From the NCBI GenBank assembly GCA_023205875.1, contig CP060755.1:1302001-1366000 (forward strand): 64,000 nucleotides of DNA, given 5' to 3'. The notes beneath the pieces are model-generated. The model searched no databases. It was not told the DNA's origin and saw nothing but the letters and a program-made list of their open reading frames with translations. Both the position numbers and the translations under genes were made by a program. The stretch's first letter is position 1. Each line of letters begins with the position of its first letter. This DNA comes from Chloropicon primus. Its lineage: Eukaryota. Shown here one piece after another: positions 31,337 to 42,100 of this stretch.

Positions 31337-33325
31337 TCACGGGGAGAACCTGTTAAGTCGTCTCTGCCTCAATTCATTCACTTCCTCACTTCCAGAATCC
31401 CCAACAATGCCAATCCGCGGAGTGGATGGTGGGCTTGACTCCTCTGTCTCAGTCTCCGTTTGGGGCAACAGAGGTTCTTCATCCCCAGCAATTTCGTCGT
31501 CTTCAGGATCGATTTGATCGTCTTCAGCATCATTCTCGTTCCTTCTTTCGCTATCAGCGGGGGCAGGGTTGGCATCACTCGTGCTGGGACCTCCCTCTTC
31601 TTGCCGTGGGGAGTCTTGAAGTGGGTCCTCCTGTGGCCGAGGTGGCGGCTCTTGCGGATGCGAAGGCGACCCCATGTTCTTCAGCTGTTCTTGCAATTGC
31701 TGGAGTTGCTCTTGCATCGCAGCCAATTGCTGCTGTTGTTGCACTTCAGTACCTTGCTGAGCCCTCACAGCTGCTTGTGCTGCCGCCATGGCCATCGCAT
31801 GCTGCTCCGGTGATGGCATCTGAAATGCCGGCATAGGAGGAGGAAATGGTGCCGGCATAAGAGGTACCACGCCATAAGGGTTCTGGTACCATAAGGGTGG
31901 TGAGTGCGGCCCCATGCCTTGTCCCCCCATATCCATATTAAATCCTCCAGCCATTGGACTGAAGCCTCCGGCCATTGAATTGAAGCCTCCAGCCATTGGA
32001 TTGAAGCCGCCAAAGCCAGCGTTTCCAAGATTGCCGGGGCTGGAGTCAGTATCTCTCCCCATTCCCCCCTGTTGTGTCGCACTTGGAGGGATGCCCTGCT
32101 GCTGCTGTTGCTGCTGCTGAGGCGGGGCATCTCTTCTCTGACTGCCTGGAGGCGCTCCCGGGTGAGCTGCAGGGCGTGCCTGAGGCTGCTGTGGCACCTC
32201 TTCCCGCGGCTGCTGCTGCTGCTGCTGTTGCAGCGGAGGCTCCCGGGGGGCTTGGGGGGCTTCCGGCTGCTGAGGTTGCTCGGGCTGTGCCACTGGTGGC
32301 GCTTGTGGCACGCGAACTGGAATCACCGGAGTCCTGCACATGGGGCACGTCTGCTGCCTCTCCAGCCACGACCGCAAGCAGTTTGCATGGAAGATGTGGC
32401 CGCAGTGGAGCTTCTTCGCAGCGCCAGCAACCATCTCCTCCCTGCAAATGATGCAAACCGAGTTCTCCCCGATCTCCTCCGCCGTGGCGTCCTCGAAGTT
32501 CTCATTCATGTTCGTAGTGATCCTTCTGTACTTGATGAAAGCCACGAGCTTGTTCTTGAAGTTCTTCATGGACCAGTACAAGTCCCTCAGAAGGTGGAAC
32601 GGCAGCCCGTAGTACACGAAGATGATGCAGAAGAAGATGGAGTACACCGCCAGCTGGAAGAGTTCCGTCACAAGGTCCAGGTACAAGGCGCAGATGCTCT
32701 TCCCCGTCCAGTTGCCTTGGTAAAACTTGTCCACCCAATAGAACAGGTACTTCACAGAGAGCTTGATGCAACCTGTGGCCAGTATGATGTACTCGAAGGC
32801 AAACAACAGCAACACGCTTGGGCCCTGGCTTGTCATGTCTATTATGGCTTCCCTGAGAAACAGAATATCGACCAGGAGCAGGCCCGCGATGAGGGAGGAG
32901 CACCTAAAGTGCTGCGAGGCCGTTATGTTTGGCGAGGTCTCGAGGAACTCCACCCTGTCCGAGGACAGCCAGTGGAACACTTTGAGGAACAACAGGAAGG
33001 AGAAGTACCTGATGAACGAAAAGCTGAATTCCTCCCGGAATATCGTCATCGCTATGCACATCTCCATGATCGTCTCCTTCATTCTATCTTGCAGACGCTC
33101 CACCTCGCTCTCCCGAAGCTGCCCCAGGAAGGTCGCCTTGATGGCCTTCCCCAGGCAAAGCATGAAGCTCAGGGCCAGGTTACCCAAAACCACGAGAAGA
33201 ATTTTGCTCGTGGTCAGGAGCACCATCGTCGGATAAAGTTGCTGCTTGATGGTCCATGCGTGCAGAATGGCGGCAGCCGCTACCGTCACGCTCGCGGCCG
33301 CGTACTTCGTCAGGGTGAGCACCAT
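31337..33325 (-). CDS. HRD1: ERAD E3 ubiquitin ligase HRD1 (synoviolin)
   Basis: Multi-TM N-terminus (FLGQLRESEVERL, KVFHWLSSDRVEF), RING-H2 CIICREEM...CGHIFHANCLRSWLERQQTCPMCR, P/Q-rich tail. Confidence 0.95.
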   Translation of the reverse strand: MVLTLTKYAAASVTVAAAAILHAWTIKQQLYPTMVLLTTSKILLVVLGNLALSFMLCLGKAIKATFLGQLRESEVERLQDRMKETIMEMCIAMTIFREEFSFSFIRYFSFLLFLKVFHWLSSDRVEFLETSPNITASQHFRCSSLIAGLLLVDILFLREAIIDMTSQGPSVLLLFAFEYIILATGCIKLSVKYLFYWVDKFYQGNWTGKSICALYLDLVTELFQLAVYSIFFCIIFVYYGLPFHLLRDLYWSMKNFKNKLVAFIKYRRITTNMNENFEDATAEEIGENSVCIICREEMVAGAAKKLHCGHIFHANCLRSWLERQQTCPMCRTPVIPVRVPQAPPVAQPEQPQQPEAPQAPREPPLQQQQQQQPREEVPQQPQARPAAHPGAPPGSQRRDAPPQQQQQQQQGIPPSATQQGGMGRDTDSSPGNLGNAGFGGFNPMAGGFNSMAGGFSPMAGGFNMDMGGQGMGPHSPPLWYQNPYGVVPLMPAPFPPPMPAFQMPSPEQHAMAMAAAQAAVRAQQGTEVQQQQQLAAMQEQLQQLQEQLKNMGSPSHPQEPPPRPQEDPLQDSPRQEEGGPSTSDANPAPADSERRNENDAEDDQIDPEDDEIAGDEEPLLPQTETETEESSPPSTPRIGIVGDSGSEEVNELRQRRLNRFSP

Positions 33326-33544
33326 CGCACTCCCGTCTCAAAGGCGCCCGAAGACCCCGCCACGCACGCACAGTGTGTTCGCCCGCCTTCACAGGCGGTT
33401 TTGTTTACCCGCCTCCGCCTCTGCTTCTCGGTTGGGGGGTCGCGGCGAGATCGAGGGGGGCGGGAGCATCTGCGCATGTGCATGGTGAGGCGGAGGACAG
33501 GTATGATTGGTGCCGAGGCCGGAATAATTGAATTGCCATTAAAA

Positions 33545-35476
33545 TTACACGAGAGGCTTGGCCAAGAGCCTGTTGAGCTCCTGTCGAAGATTGTTCAATT
33601 TCTGCTGGCGTTTCCTGTTCCTCAGGTGCTCCTGCGCCACATCGTCGTCGTCCTTCTCCTCCTCCTCCACCACGAGGCCTGCGGCCTCGGCGTTCCTTTT
33701 GATCCAGTCCACCTTCACCTTCTGCTTCTTGTCCGACCTCGTGATCTCATCGATCCTCTTGGCAAGGCTCACCCTCGCCCTCAACTTTGGCATCACCGAG
33801 TGCTTCACGGGGAAGCTGGGGAGGTCCTTGTCCATCTTGAGCGAGTACCTCAACCTCATGAACTGCTTTGCGTTCTTCGGGACCACGAAGAGGATGTTCA
33901 GGCCGTCCTCCTCGGCACGCGCTGTTCTGCCTGCACGATGCACGTAGGTCTCCGAGGTGTCGGGAAGCTGGTATTGGACGACGCAGCGGACTCCCGGAAT
34001 GTCCAGACCTCTCGCGGCGACGTCGGTCGCCAGCAAGATGTTCTTCTTGCCGTTCTTGAAGCTGTCAAGGGCCTTCAGCCTCTGCCTCTGCTGCTGCTGG
34101 GCGTGGATCGCGGACACCGGCAGGCCAAGGTTTTCCAGGATGGATAGGAGCGTCCTGATTGTGCTTATGGCGTTGCAGAAGACGAGGGTCCGCCCCTCCG
34201 TCTTTGTCGCGAGGACAAAGTAAAGGAACTCCATCCGGGACTCCTCGCTGCAGTTAATCACGGTCTCCTCCAGCTTTGCTGCAACTTTTCGGATTCTCGT
34301 CAAGTCGAATATCTGGACGTTCTCCCTGAACTTGATCTTCTTCATGATCGACGCCACCGACGTCTTGGCCTTCTTCGGCGCCTTGGACTCCTTCTTCTTC
34401 AAGACCGTTTTCGGCATTGTGAGAGTTGCAGAAAACACAAAGGTCTGCAGCTTTGGGGAGAAGGGCACGCGGTCGATGATGTAGCTCAACTCCTGGAAGT
34501 GGCCCTGCTCCACCATCCTGTCCGCCTCGTCGAGCACGAAGAAAGATAGCTTCTTCAGGTTGGAGAGTCCCGTGTCGCTCTCGATGAGTTCCCACAGCCT
34601 TCCGGGCGTGCCCACAACTATGTGCGGCAAGTTCTTCAGCACCCTCTCCTGCTTCTGTTGGGACATCCCGCCCACAATTCCAGCGGTGTAGATGCCGTAC
34701 CTCGAGGCTATTTTGTCGATGTGCTGCGTTATCTGCAGTGCGAGCTCCCTCGTGGGGGTGACGACCAGGGCCCTCACTCCCAAGGGGTTCTTCGCTGCTT
34801 TGGAGCCTTCCTTGGGCCCCTCACCCCCCAAAGCTTGCGCGTCCAGCAGCTTGTCCTTCTCCCTCAGGATCCTCTGGATCATCGGGAGGGCGAAGGCGAG
34901 CGTCTTTCCGGAACCGGTCTGAGCTGCACCCACAATGTCCGCCTCTCCCGACAGAGAGGACGGCAGGGACTCCTTCTGGATTGGCGTCGGGGTGCTGAAT
35001 CCCTGAACCTTCAGGCTATCCACAATTCTCGCGTCCAAGTGAAAGGGGAACCACTTCTTCATGTTCACCTTGTTCACCCTTTTCGCGGGGGCGGCCCTGT
35101 CCTTCCCCCTCTCCTCCTCGAGAGCTCGGGCCTCAGCGCTCGATCCCTCTCCGGCGTCTCCCCCGTTCTTCTTCTTCTTCTTCTTCTTCTTCTTCTGCCG
35201 ATCTTCAACCGAAGCGTCCGGCTTCGCCGGCTCGGGAGCGTCTATCGTCCCGACGTCCCCCTCGTCGAGCACCTCGAGCTCCAGGAACCCACCGAAATCA
35301 TGGTCCGCCTCCTCCAGAAAACTATCTTGGTCGACCTCAACCTTCTTCCACTTGGCCCTCTTCCCCTCTCCGACCAAATCCTCACCGGTCTGGGCATCCT
35401 CGCCCTTCGTGCGACCCGCCGAAGGCCCTTTATGCGCCCCCTTCCTCTTCCGCCCCCCCACCGGCGCCATCTTCAT
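33545..35476 (-). CDS. DDX24: DEAD-box RNA helicase, DDX24/MAK5 (RH13) type
   Basis: AQTGSGKTLAF, PTRELA, VGGMSQQKQER, LDEADRMVEQGHF, SAT, TDVAARGLDIP and YVHRAGRTARA motifs; N-terminal WKKVE..GGFLELE typical of MAK5. Start could be 35470, 35476 or further upstream. Confidence 0.88.
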   Translation of the reverse strand: MKMAPVGGRKRKGAHKGPSAGRTKGEDAQTGEDLVGEGKRAKWKKVEVDQDSFLEEADHDFGGFLELEVLDEGDVGTIDAPEPAKPDASVEDRQKKKKKKKKKNGGDAGEGSSAEARALEEERGKDRAAPAKRVNKVNMKKWFPFHLDARIVDSLKVQGFSTPTPIQKESLPSSLSGEADIVGAAQTGSGKTLAFALPMIQRILREKDKLLDAQALGGEGPKEGSKAAKNPLGVRALVVTPTRELALQITQHIDKIASRYGIYTAGIVGGMSQQKQERVLKNLPHIVVGTPGRLWELIESDTGLSNLKKLSFFVLDEADRMVEQGHFQELSYIIDRVPFSPKLQTFVFSATLTMPKTVLKKKESKAPKKAKTSVASIMKKIKFRENVQIFDLTRIRKVAAKLEETVINCSEESRMEFLYFVLATKTEGRTLVFCNAISTIRTLLSILENLGLPVSAIHAQQQQRQRLKALDSFKNGKKNILLATDVAARGLDIPGVRCVVQYQLPDTSETYVHRAGRTARAEEDGLNILFVVPKNAKQFMRLRYSLKMDKDLPSFPVKHSVMPKLRARVSLAKRIDEITRSDKKQKVKVDWIKRNAEAAGLVVEEEEKDDDDVAQEHLRNRKRQQKLNNLRQELNRLLAKPLV

Positions 35477-35817
35477 CACCACCAAGCTCTCCCTCTCTCC
35501 GAGTGACCCAGAAAATTGCGTCCCATACAGGAGGAGGCCCTGGAGAAGGTCGCCCATCGTTGTGTCACTCTTGGTCCTGGACGAGAACGGGAAAGGCGGG
35601 GTCACTCGAGGGGGGCGAGGGGAACAAGCAAAGGCCGAGGCACCTTAACTCTGGATCGCTTTCTCGCCCGCGCCAAGGGCAGGGCCTTCAGGCTGCTCCT
35701 TCTCACTTGGAAAGGTCCAGCCCATCTTGGGAGGATTCGAGTACTCGAGTATAATAGGCATTCTGGCACTAGTGTGTGCGCGCAACCGCGGAGGGGAAGA
35801 GATCGGCACGGCGCGCG

Positions 35818-36552
35818 ATGAAACTGACGGAAGAGCTCGTTCTGCAGCGCACCAAGGCGAAGAGCCTGGAGGAGGTTCGAAGTCTGAACATGTGGGGACA
35901 AGATATTAGCGATGTTGACATCCTTCTCAGGATGCCCAACGTGGAAGTCCTCTCTCTCTCGGTGAACGGCATAAGCTCCCTCAGCAGCTTCAGGAAGTGC
36001 GTCAAGCTCCGGGAGCTTTATCTGCGGAAGAACGACGTGAAGAACCTGGCGGACATTCAGTACCTTGCCAGCATAAACTGCCTGAAGATCCTTTGGCTCA
36101 GCGACAACCCTTGCGCGGAGACCCTCCATTACCGGGCCACAGTGGTTCAGTACCTTCCGAACCTGGAGAAGCTGGACAATGTAGATGTAACAGATAGGGA
36201 GAGGCTCGAAGCTAACTCCGGGTCGCTCATGCTGCCGAGGCTGGACAGCTTGGACCAAAGTTCTGTTTTGGACTCCCCGAGGTTGGGGGCCTCGAGGGTC
36301 GGGGCGGTTGTGGCGCAGCATCACACTCCATCAAAGGCAGCGGAGGCGGCGATGGAGGCCCAGTCCGCGGCAAATCCCCTGACTGATGCAAGAAAGGAAG
36401 GGAAAGAGGGGACCAACGACGGCCTCCCGAGTGCAGGCGACGCCAGTTCCCCCCATGTTTTGTACGCCGTGATCGCCTTGCTGGAGGAATTGGATGAAGA
36501 CAGTCTAAGGATCGTCAAAGCGGAGGTCGACTCGAGGCTCGGCTCCTCGTGA
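35818..36552 (+). CDS. CFAP410: Cilia- and flagella-associated protein 410 (C21orf2) homologue
   Basis: MKLTEELVLQRTKA...LNMWG...VEVLSLSVNGI...LRELYLRKN...LWLSDNPC...LPNLEKLDN, and the C-terminal helix HVLYAVIALLEELD. Confidence 0.88.
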   Translation: MKLTEELVLQRTKAKSLEEVRSLNMWGQDISDVDILLRMPNVEVLSLSVNGISSLSSFRKCVKLRELYLRKNDVKNLADIQYLASINCLKILWLSDNPCAETLHYRATVVQYLPNLEKLDNVDVTDRERLEANSGSLMLPRLDSLDQSSVLDSPRLGASRVGAVVAQHHTPSKAAEAAMEAQSAANPLTDARKEGKEGTNDGLPSAGDASSPHVLYAVIALLEELDEDSLRIVKAEVDSRLGSS

Positions 36553-36677
36553 TCCCCCCCCCCCACACACTAAAGCCTCAAAACTTGTAATATATCATCG
36601 ACAATCACTCTCTCGCCAATTTGTTTCAAAAAAATTTTTGGAAGGCCGAGAAAGCGAGAGCGCTTGAGGTTGAAGCC

Positions 36678-37587
36678 ATGAACGGGCAGCCGAGCTGGAG
36701 CGACTACGGGCAGCAGCCCTCTCAGGGTGGGCGCGGGGGTCAGGGGAACCTGAACTTCGTGTCCACGTCCTTCGAACCGGGAAGGGCGCAGTCTCAGCCG
36801 ACGTACAACACGGGGGGCTACACGTCTGCGACCACCTCGTTCGACGACGAGCCACCTCTTCTCGAAGGTAAGCGTTGGTCGAGGCACCGTCCCTTGGCGG
36901 CTCTGCTGGACCACCTCGCTGACGCAGAGCTTGTTTCTCTACCTCTCCCCACCACCACCACGCGCCTTGCCTCAACGCAGAGCTCGGGATCGACATCAAG
37001 TCTATCTTCAAGAAGACAGGAGCCGTGTTTAGCTTCGGTTCGACTGCGGATGGGAGCCTCGACAGCGACTTGAGCGGCCCAATAGTCTTCGTGTTCGGTC
37101 TTGGGTTTAGTCACATGCTTGTAAGACCGAGGAAACACGAGTGGGAAACCGAGGTAGAGCCGATTCTAACTTTTGTCCCTCTCTCTTCTTTCACCTTGCT
37201 CCTTTGCTTTGCGCGTCCCTTAAGGCTGGGAAAGTGCTCTTTGGACTCATCATCGGTTGGACGATCATCACGTCTCTTGGAATGTCGTGGCTGGTGAACA
37301 TGCTCGTCGGTCCTGGGGGAGACATCGGCATGCACGCTTGCTGTAGTATTTTGGGGTACTGCCTTGTGCCTCAGATCTTCTTGGCCCTCTTCTGTCTACT
37401 CGTCGGGAAGTCTATAGCCTGTTCCGCGCTTGCCCTCTTCTCCATCCTCTGGAGCACGAGAGTCGCCTCTCGCTTCGTCACCGTGCGCCTGAAAGCAAAG
37501 CACATACCAGTCGAGGAGCAACGGTCCCTGTTGGCCTACCCCTGGCTGCTCGTATTCAGCATGTTTGCGCTGCTCTCCCTCTACTGA
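36678..37587 (+). CDS. YIP1: Yip1-family Golgi/ER membrane protein (YIPF5/7-like), 3 exons
   Basis: FDDEPPLLE|ELGIDI, DSDLSGPIVF, GKVLFG, CSILGYCLVPQ and LLAYP motifs; introns at about 36868-36980 and 37121-37224. Confidence 0.88.
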
Positions 37588-37706
37588 GAGAGTACTGCCC
37601 ACAGCAGTACTGAGGAAACGGGTCAAGGGACTCGTGACTAAAATATTATAGTTTAGCAAGGTGCTGTAGACTACAAAGAAAACCATTCTCTTTTACGTGC
37701 TTGCCC

Positions 37707-39014
37707 TCAGTTTTGACCCGTCCTCGAACGCTTGGCACTGTTTCCCGCGTCTTGCTGGGCAGTGGCCGCGACGTACACCTTGTTCGCCAGCTCCTGCCTC
37801 TGCTCCTCAGACATCGCGGAAAGGTTCTTTAAAAGATCCTGTGCACTTGGATTGTCGTCCGCGCGAAACGCGTTCCGAAGCTCCTCTTTTCTCTTTCGCC
37901 GCGCGGAGAGCTCGGCGAGTTCTTCCTTCCTGTTGCGCAGAATTTTGGGAGGAAAGCACACCCGTTCTCTTGTGTAAGTACATACAACGCAAAACGCGAC
38001 AACCGCGGCGGCTGGGCTGGTAACTTACTTGATTTGCATGATGCGGGTCTCCTTGCTAGAGATGCTGCTCTCTATCTTCGACTTCCACTTCTCTAGCACG
38101 TCCATCATCTTCTTCTCCTTCTGGATTGATTCGAACACCATCCTTTTGAATTCCGTCAACACTTCCTGGTTCGCCCTCCCAGAAACGATGACGCTCGTCG
38201 ACAGCTCTTCCCTGTTTTGCCGCTCGAAACTCTTAATGTGCCTCGAGTCCCTCTGCGTCTCCGTGACGAGGCCCCTAAGCTGCATCAAATCCTCTGACTC
38301 CGCCTCTTCTCGCCGCTTGGGGGAGGGGGACGCCCCCCCCCCCTGCGCCCGAGCATCCACTGGGGTGGTCTCCAGACTTATTCCCGTCCCTTGAATCAGA
38401 CGGACCACCCCACTCTTCCCAAAGATCTTCCTCTCGTCCCAAACGCTCAGCAGCCGTCGAATCGCACCCAAGGTCTATGGCGTCGTTTCAGCAGTGGAAC
38501 ACGAGTAGAGAGGAGGAAGGAACGCGAAAGAGGGTCGTCAGTCCCCTGCCACGGTCCGAAGCTTGCCGAGGCCAATTCCAGTCCGTCTTTGACCCGTCTT
38601 ACCTTGTCGTCCCCCCCCTTCGCCAGCTCCTTGATCACTGAGGGCAGCTTGTCGTAGAACTCCTTGACGTAATCAACGTTCCCCTCCGCCCTGGTCTTCT
38701 GCATGATGTCGTTGCAGAGGTACAGCAAAGCGAGCTTCCTCTGGACGTTTGCGGCGCGAAACTCATTGTGCCACACCCCAACGACGCTGGGGACGAGCGG
38801 CAAGGCGAGGAAGGGATAGAAAAGCTCTGGCGTCAGCATGCGTGCCAGATGACACTGTCAAAAAGGCAACAACAAAAAAAGGTTCGAGCGAGGATTGGGA
38901 GACTTACGATTTGTACTCGGACTTGTAGAACTTGCACCAACTGGACGTGGACTCGATTGACTTGATGCTCGTGTCAATCTTTCTCAGCTTCGCCTTCAGC
39001 AGCTCGCGATCCAT
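37707..39014 (-). CDS. RNA Pol II CTD-interacting (CID) domain protein, RPRD1/Rtt103-like, 4 exons
   Basis: Exon 1 MDRELLKAKLRKIDTSIKSIESTSSWCKFY; exon 2 RKLALLYLCNDIMQ; exon 3 IRRLLSVWDERKIF; GT-AG introns join these in frame; coiled-coil C-terminus. Confidence 0.82.
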
Positions 39015-39180
39015 CCTTTCCGACACCAAGGCGCGCGCGTTGCTCTTCTTCCCTTTTTCTGGAGCGCAAACGGTCCGAGTTCAGAGCAAATCATCTGGGC
39101 TGGCGGCTCCGATCGATCGAGAGAGAGAGAGAGAGAGAGAGAGAAGGCGGAGGTGGCAGCGTTGGATAGAGGGACACGAT

Positions 39181-42100
39181 ATGACGGAGGAAGCGGGGTC
39201 ATGGAACGAGCTGGTGGCGGACGTGTGCTCGATCTCGACCAAGAGGAGGGTCGGGGCGTGGGAGAAAATAGGTAAGTGTGTGGTTTGGGGGCTGTGGGAG
39301 GGAAGGCCGTGTCTCCCCTCGCGCCCCGCGTGAGCGACTCGTGCGCACCTCTTCGTGTTCTAACGCCCGGGCACCCTTCCTTCCTCGCGCACAGCTTCTC
39401 GCGAGTCGGGCGATGTGAGTCCAGAGAACGCAATCGTTGCCATCGAGAACGCGATAGGACCTTACAGCGACAAGCAGTCCAAGCTCGCCGTCGTCAAGGC
39501 GATAGACGCTTGGATGGGTTCGGAAGACTTTGTGAAGCTGTCCGTCGTCTCGATCGCGAAAAGGAAGAAAGAAATAGAGCGTTACGCCTTCTCGCCCCAC
39601 GAGAGGTACGTCCTGCTGAGTTGGGTCTGCTCCCTTATCGGTAAACTGAGAGAGTCCAAGCAGGTGAAGGCAGAGAATGCGATGATCGCGCTGGGGGCCC
39701 ATCTCCTCACGGCTGCGATGATGGACGCTGGCATCGGGAAGCCCAAGGTCTGGTTTGCTCACAAGCAAGTCGTCAACGCGACCGTCTTTGCCGGTGCCTC
39801 GGGGGAGTCTTTCGACGCTCTCGCGGAACACTTCCTGCAGGAGAGCAAGGAGCCTGGGCTTTTGAGGTTCCTCGCCGAGAGGAAGGAAATACAGCAGCAC
39901 ACGTCCACGGAGGTCAGGGCAAAGCTCGTCAGCATATTTATTGAGAGTGCGATTACGGCGAAAACCAAACCTACGGACAAGGACATCGAGGCGTGCCTGC
40001 CGCTCCTCGCTAGCCTGTCCAAAGAAGAGTTTGGCTCCCAAGTCATGCCGGGTGTGCAGCGCATGATGAAGAGGTCCCCAGAGGTCATTATTCCGACTTT
40101 GATTTCCCTCATACCCAAGCTCAAGATCTCCTTGAGCGAGTGGATGACGGATCTCCTGGGGTGCTTCGTTGCACAGCTCCAGTCATCGAATCAGGGCCAC
40201 AGGGACGATGCCTCGCGGGCGGCCCAAGCTCTCTGCGAAAGCATTGCGGACTCCTCCTATGTAGAGGAAGTCACGAAGTACTTTGTTGAGCTTATCACGT
40301 CCAAGAAACTGAAGCAGTGGTACGAAAGGCAGCAAGTCGTTACGATCCTGCGTTCGCTTTGCGAGATGGCATTGCAATTGAGGTTGCCTGCAGGATATTT
40401 CACTGCGTACACGAGAAACCTCTTCGAAGTCTACAAGAAAGAAAGCAACGAGACGGTGAAGGAGGCCATTCTCTGCTCGGTCGCATCTTGCGTGGATCAC
40501 ATCGACAGCGTCGGGTCAGGGGACATCGATCCCCTCGGCGTTCTCCTCAGTGGCAAGTCTGATCTGAAGTCTCCAGCGCTGGATATTCTGGTCGGCTTGT
40601 CTGAGAACCGGCAAGTTCCAACGTCCGTGCTGATGGGCCTTCAGGGAAAAGTCCTCGCCCTGCTCAAAGACAGCATTGCAAAGTCGGCATCCAGGCCTTT
40701 CTTCTCTGGCGCGATGCTGTTTTTGATAAACCTCTCAAAGAAGGAAGCCTCCGTCCGGGAGACCATGAAAACGGAGGGCATTTCAGAGAAACTCGTTGCA
40801 GAGTCGAAGCCCCTCTTTTGTGAATCGCAAGCAAGCTTGACAGACCAGCAGAGTAAAAACATGGCGTCGACGTGCAGAGACCTTCTACTGGGTCAGAGCG
40901 ACGTTGAGATCAGTGCCATCATCCCAGACCTGTGCATGCAACTTGTACTCCTGGCATTGAAAAAGAGCAGACGCGTTCAAAAGCACGTCCTCGATGTCAT
41001 GAAACAGATCAACGGCGCATCCACCGAATTGGCTTTTTCGCTTTTGAGCGCGCTGCACGACCTCGTGTCCGAGTGCAGACACGATTCGGACTTTGATACG
41101 CAAGAAATGCGAAGCAGAGCTACCAAGTGCATGATCGCTTTGGCAGGGTTCGACATTTCTCGCGAAATCATCGTGAGAATCCTGTTGCTTTCCCACCACC
41201 CCTACTTCATGAAGGAGGCCGGAACAAGCTTTGCTTGGCCTCATTTCATGAGCCATTGCAAGTCTTCCTTGAAGCAAAGGTCTGACGGTGCTTCTGCGGA
41301 GGACCTGATCAACGAGAACATGCAGGGAATCCTCGAGGGACTTTTGGGGGAGAAGGGACTAAGAAATGAAAGCGTTGACGAGATTGAGGCAGCGATCAAT
41401 GGTGTCGCGGAACTCTCTACGCTTTCCTGCGGCAGCTTCATGGAGAACCTGCTGCCTGCGATTTCGGCGATAGATGACTTTGACACGCACTCCACCTTGA
41501 AGGAATCAGATTTCAAGGTGTACTTCACGCCTGAAGGCGAGTTAGCTGATGAGTATGGAACGTACAGGGGGGAGGTAGTCCAAAGCAAAAACGTCAGGAG
41601 GGCGAAAGGGCGTTTCAAATCTGGCTCAGGAGCGTTCGGTGACCTCAGCGATGACGACGACTATGTCCCGCAAAGGAGGGAAACAAAGCAAAAAGAGAGC
41701 AAGGGCAAGGCCAAGCCTAAAGGCAAGCAGGCAGTGGACCCAAGGGAGAAGGCGAGGCGGGAGCAGCTTTCAAAAGAGTCTCAGATACGCGAGAAGTTGC
41801 AAGTCATCAGGGAGAACATCTCAAGTGTCCTTCAAATCATCAACGGGATGGCTAAATTGGCACCAAAGCTGGTGTTGGACAACTTGGGAAGCTTGGCCAC
41901 CATATCGACCCCACTCTTGGGGTCAATGCTGCTGCACAGCGAGGCTTTTGAGACTACCCAGGCGCTGGCCAAGTGTCTGCCCTCGCCATTGGACAAAAAG
42001 GCCGGCGACCTTGCAAATTGCTTGTGGCTCATACTAGGCCCCGAGTCACACGATACCATATCTTCGGTGAAACTCCAGGACTCCATCGATGTGATTTCTG

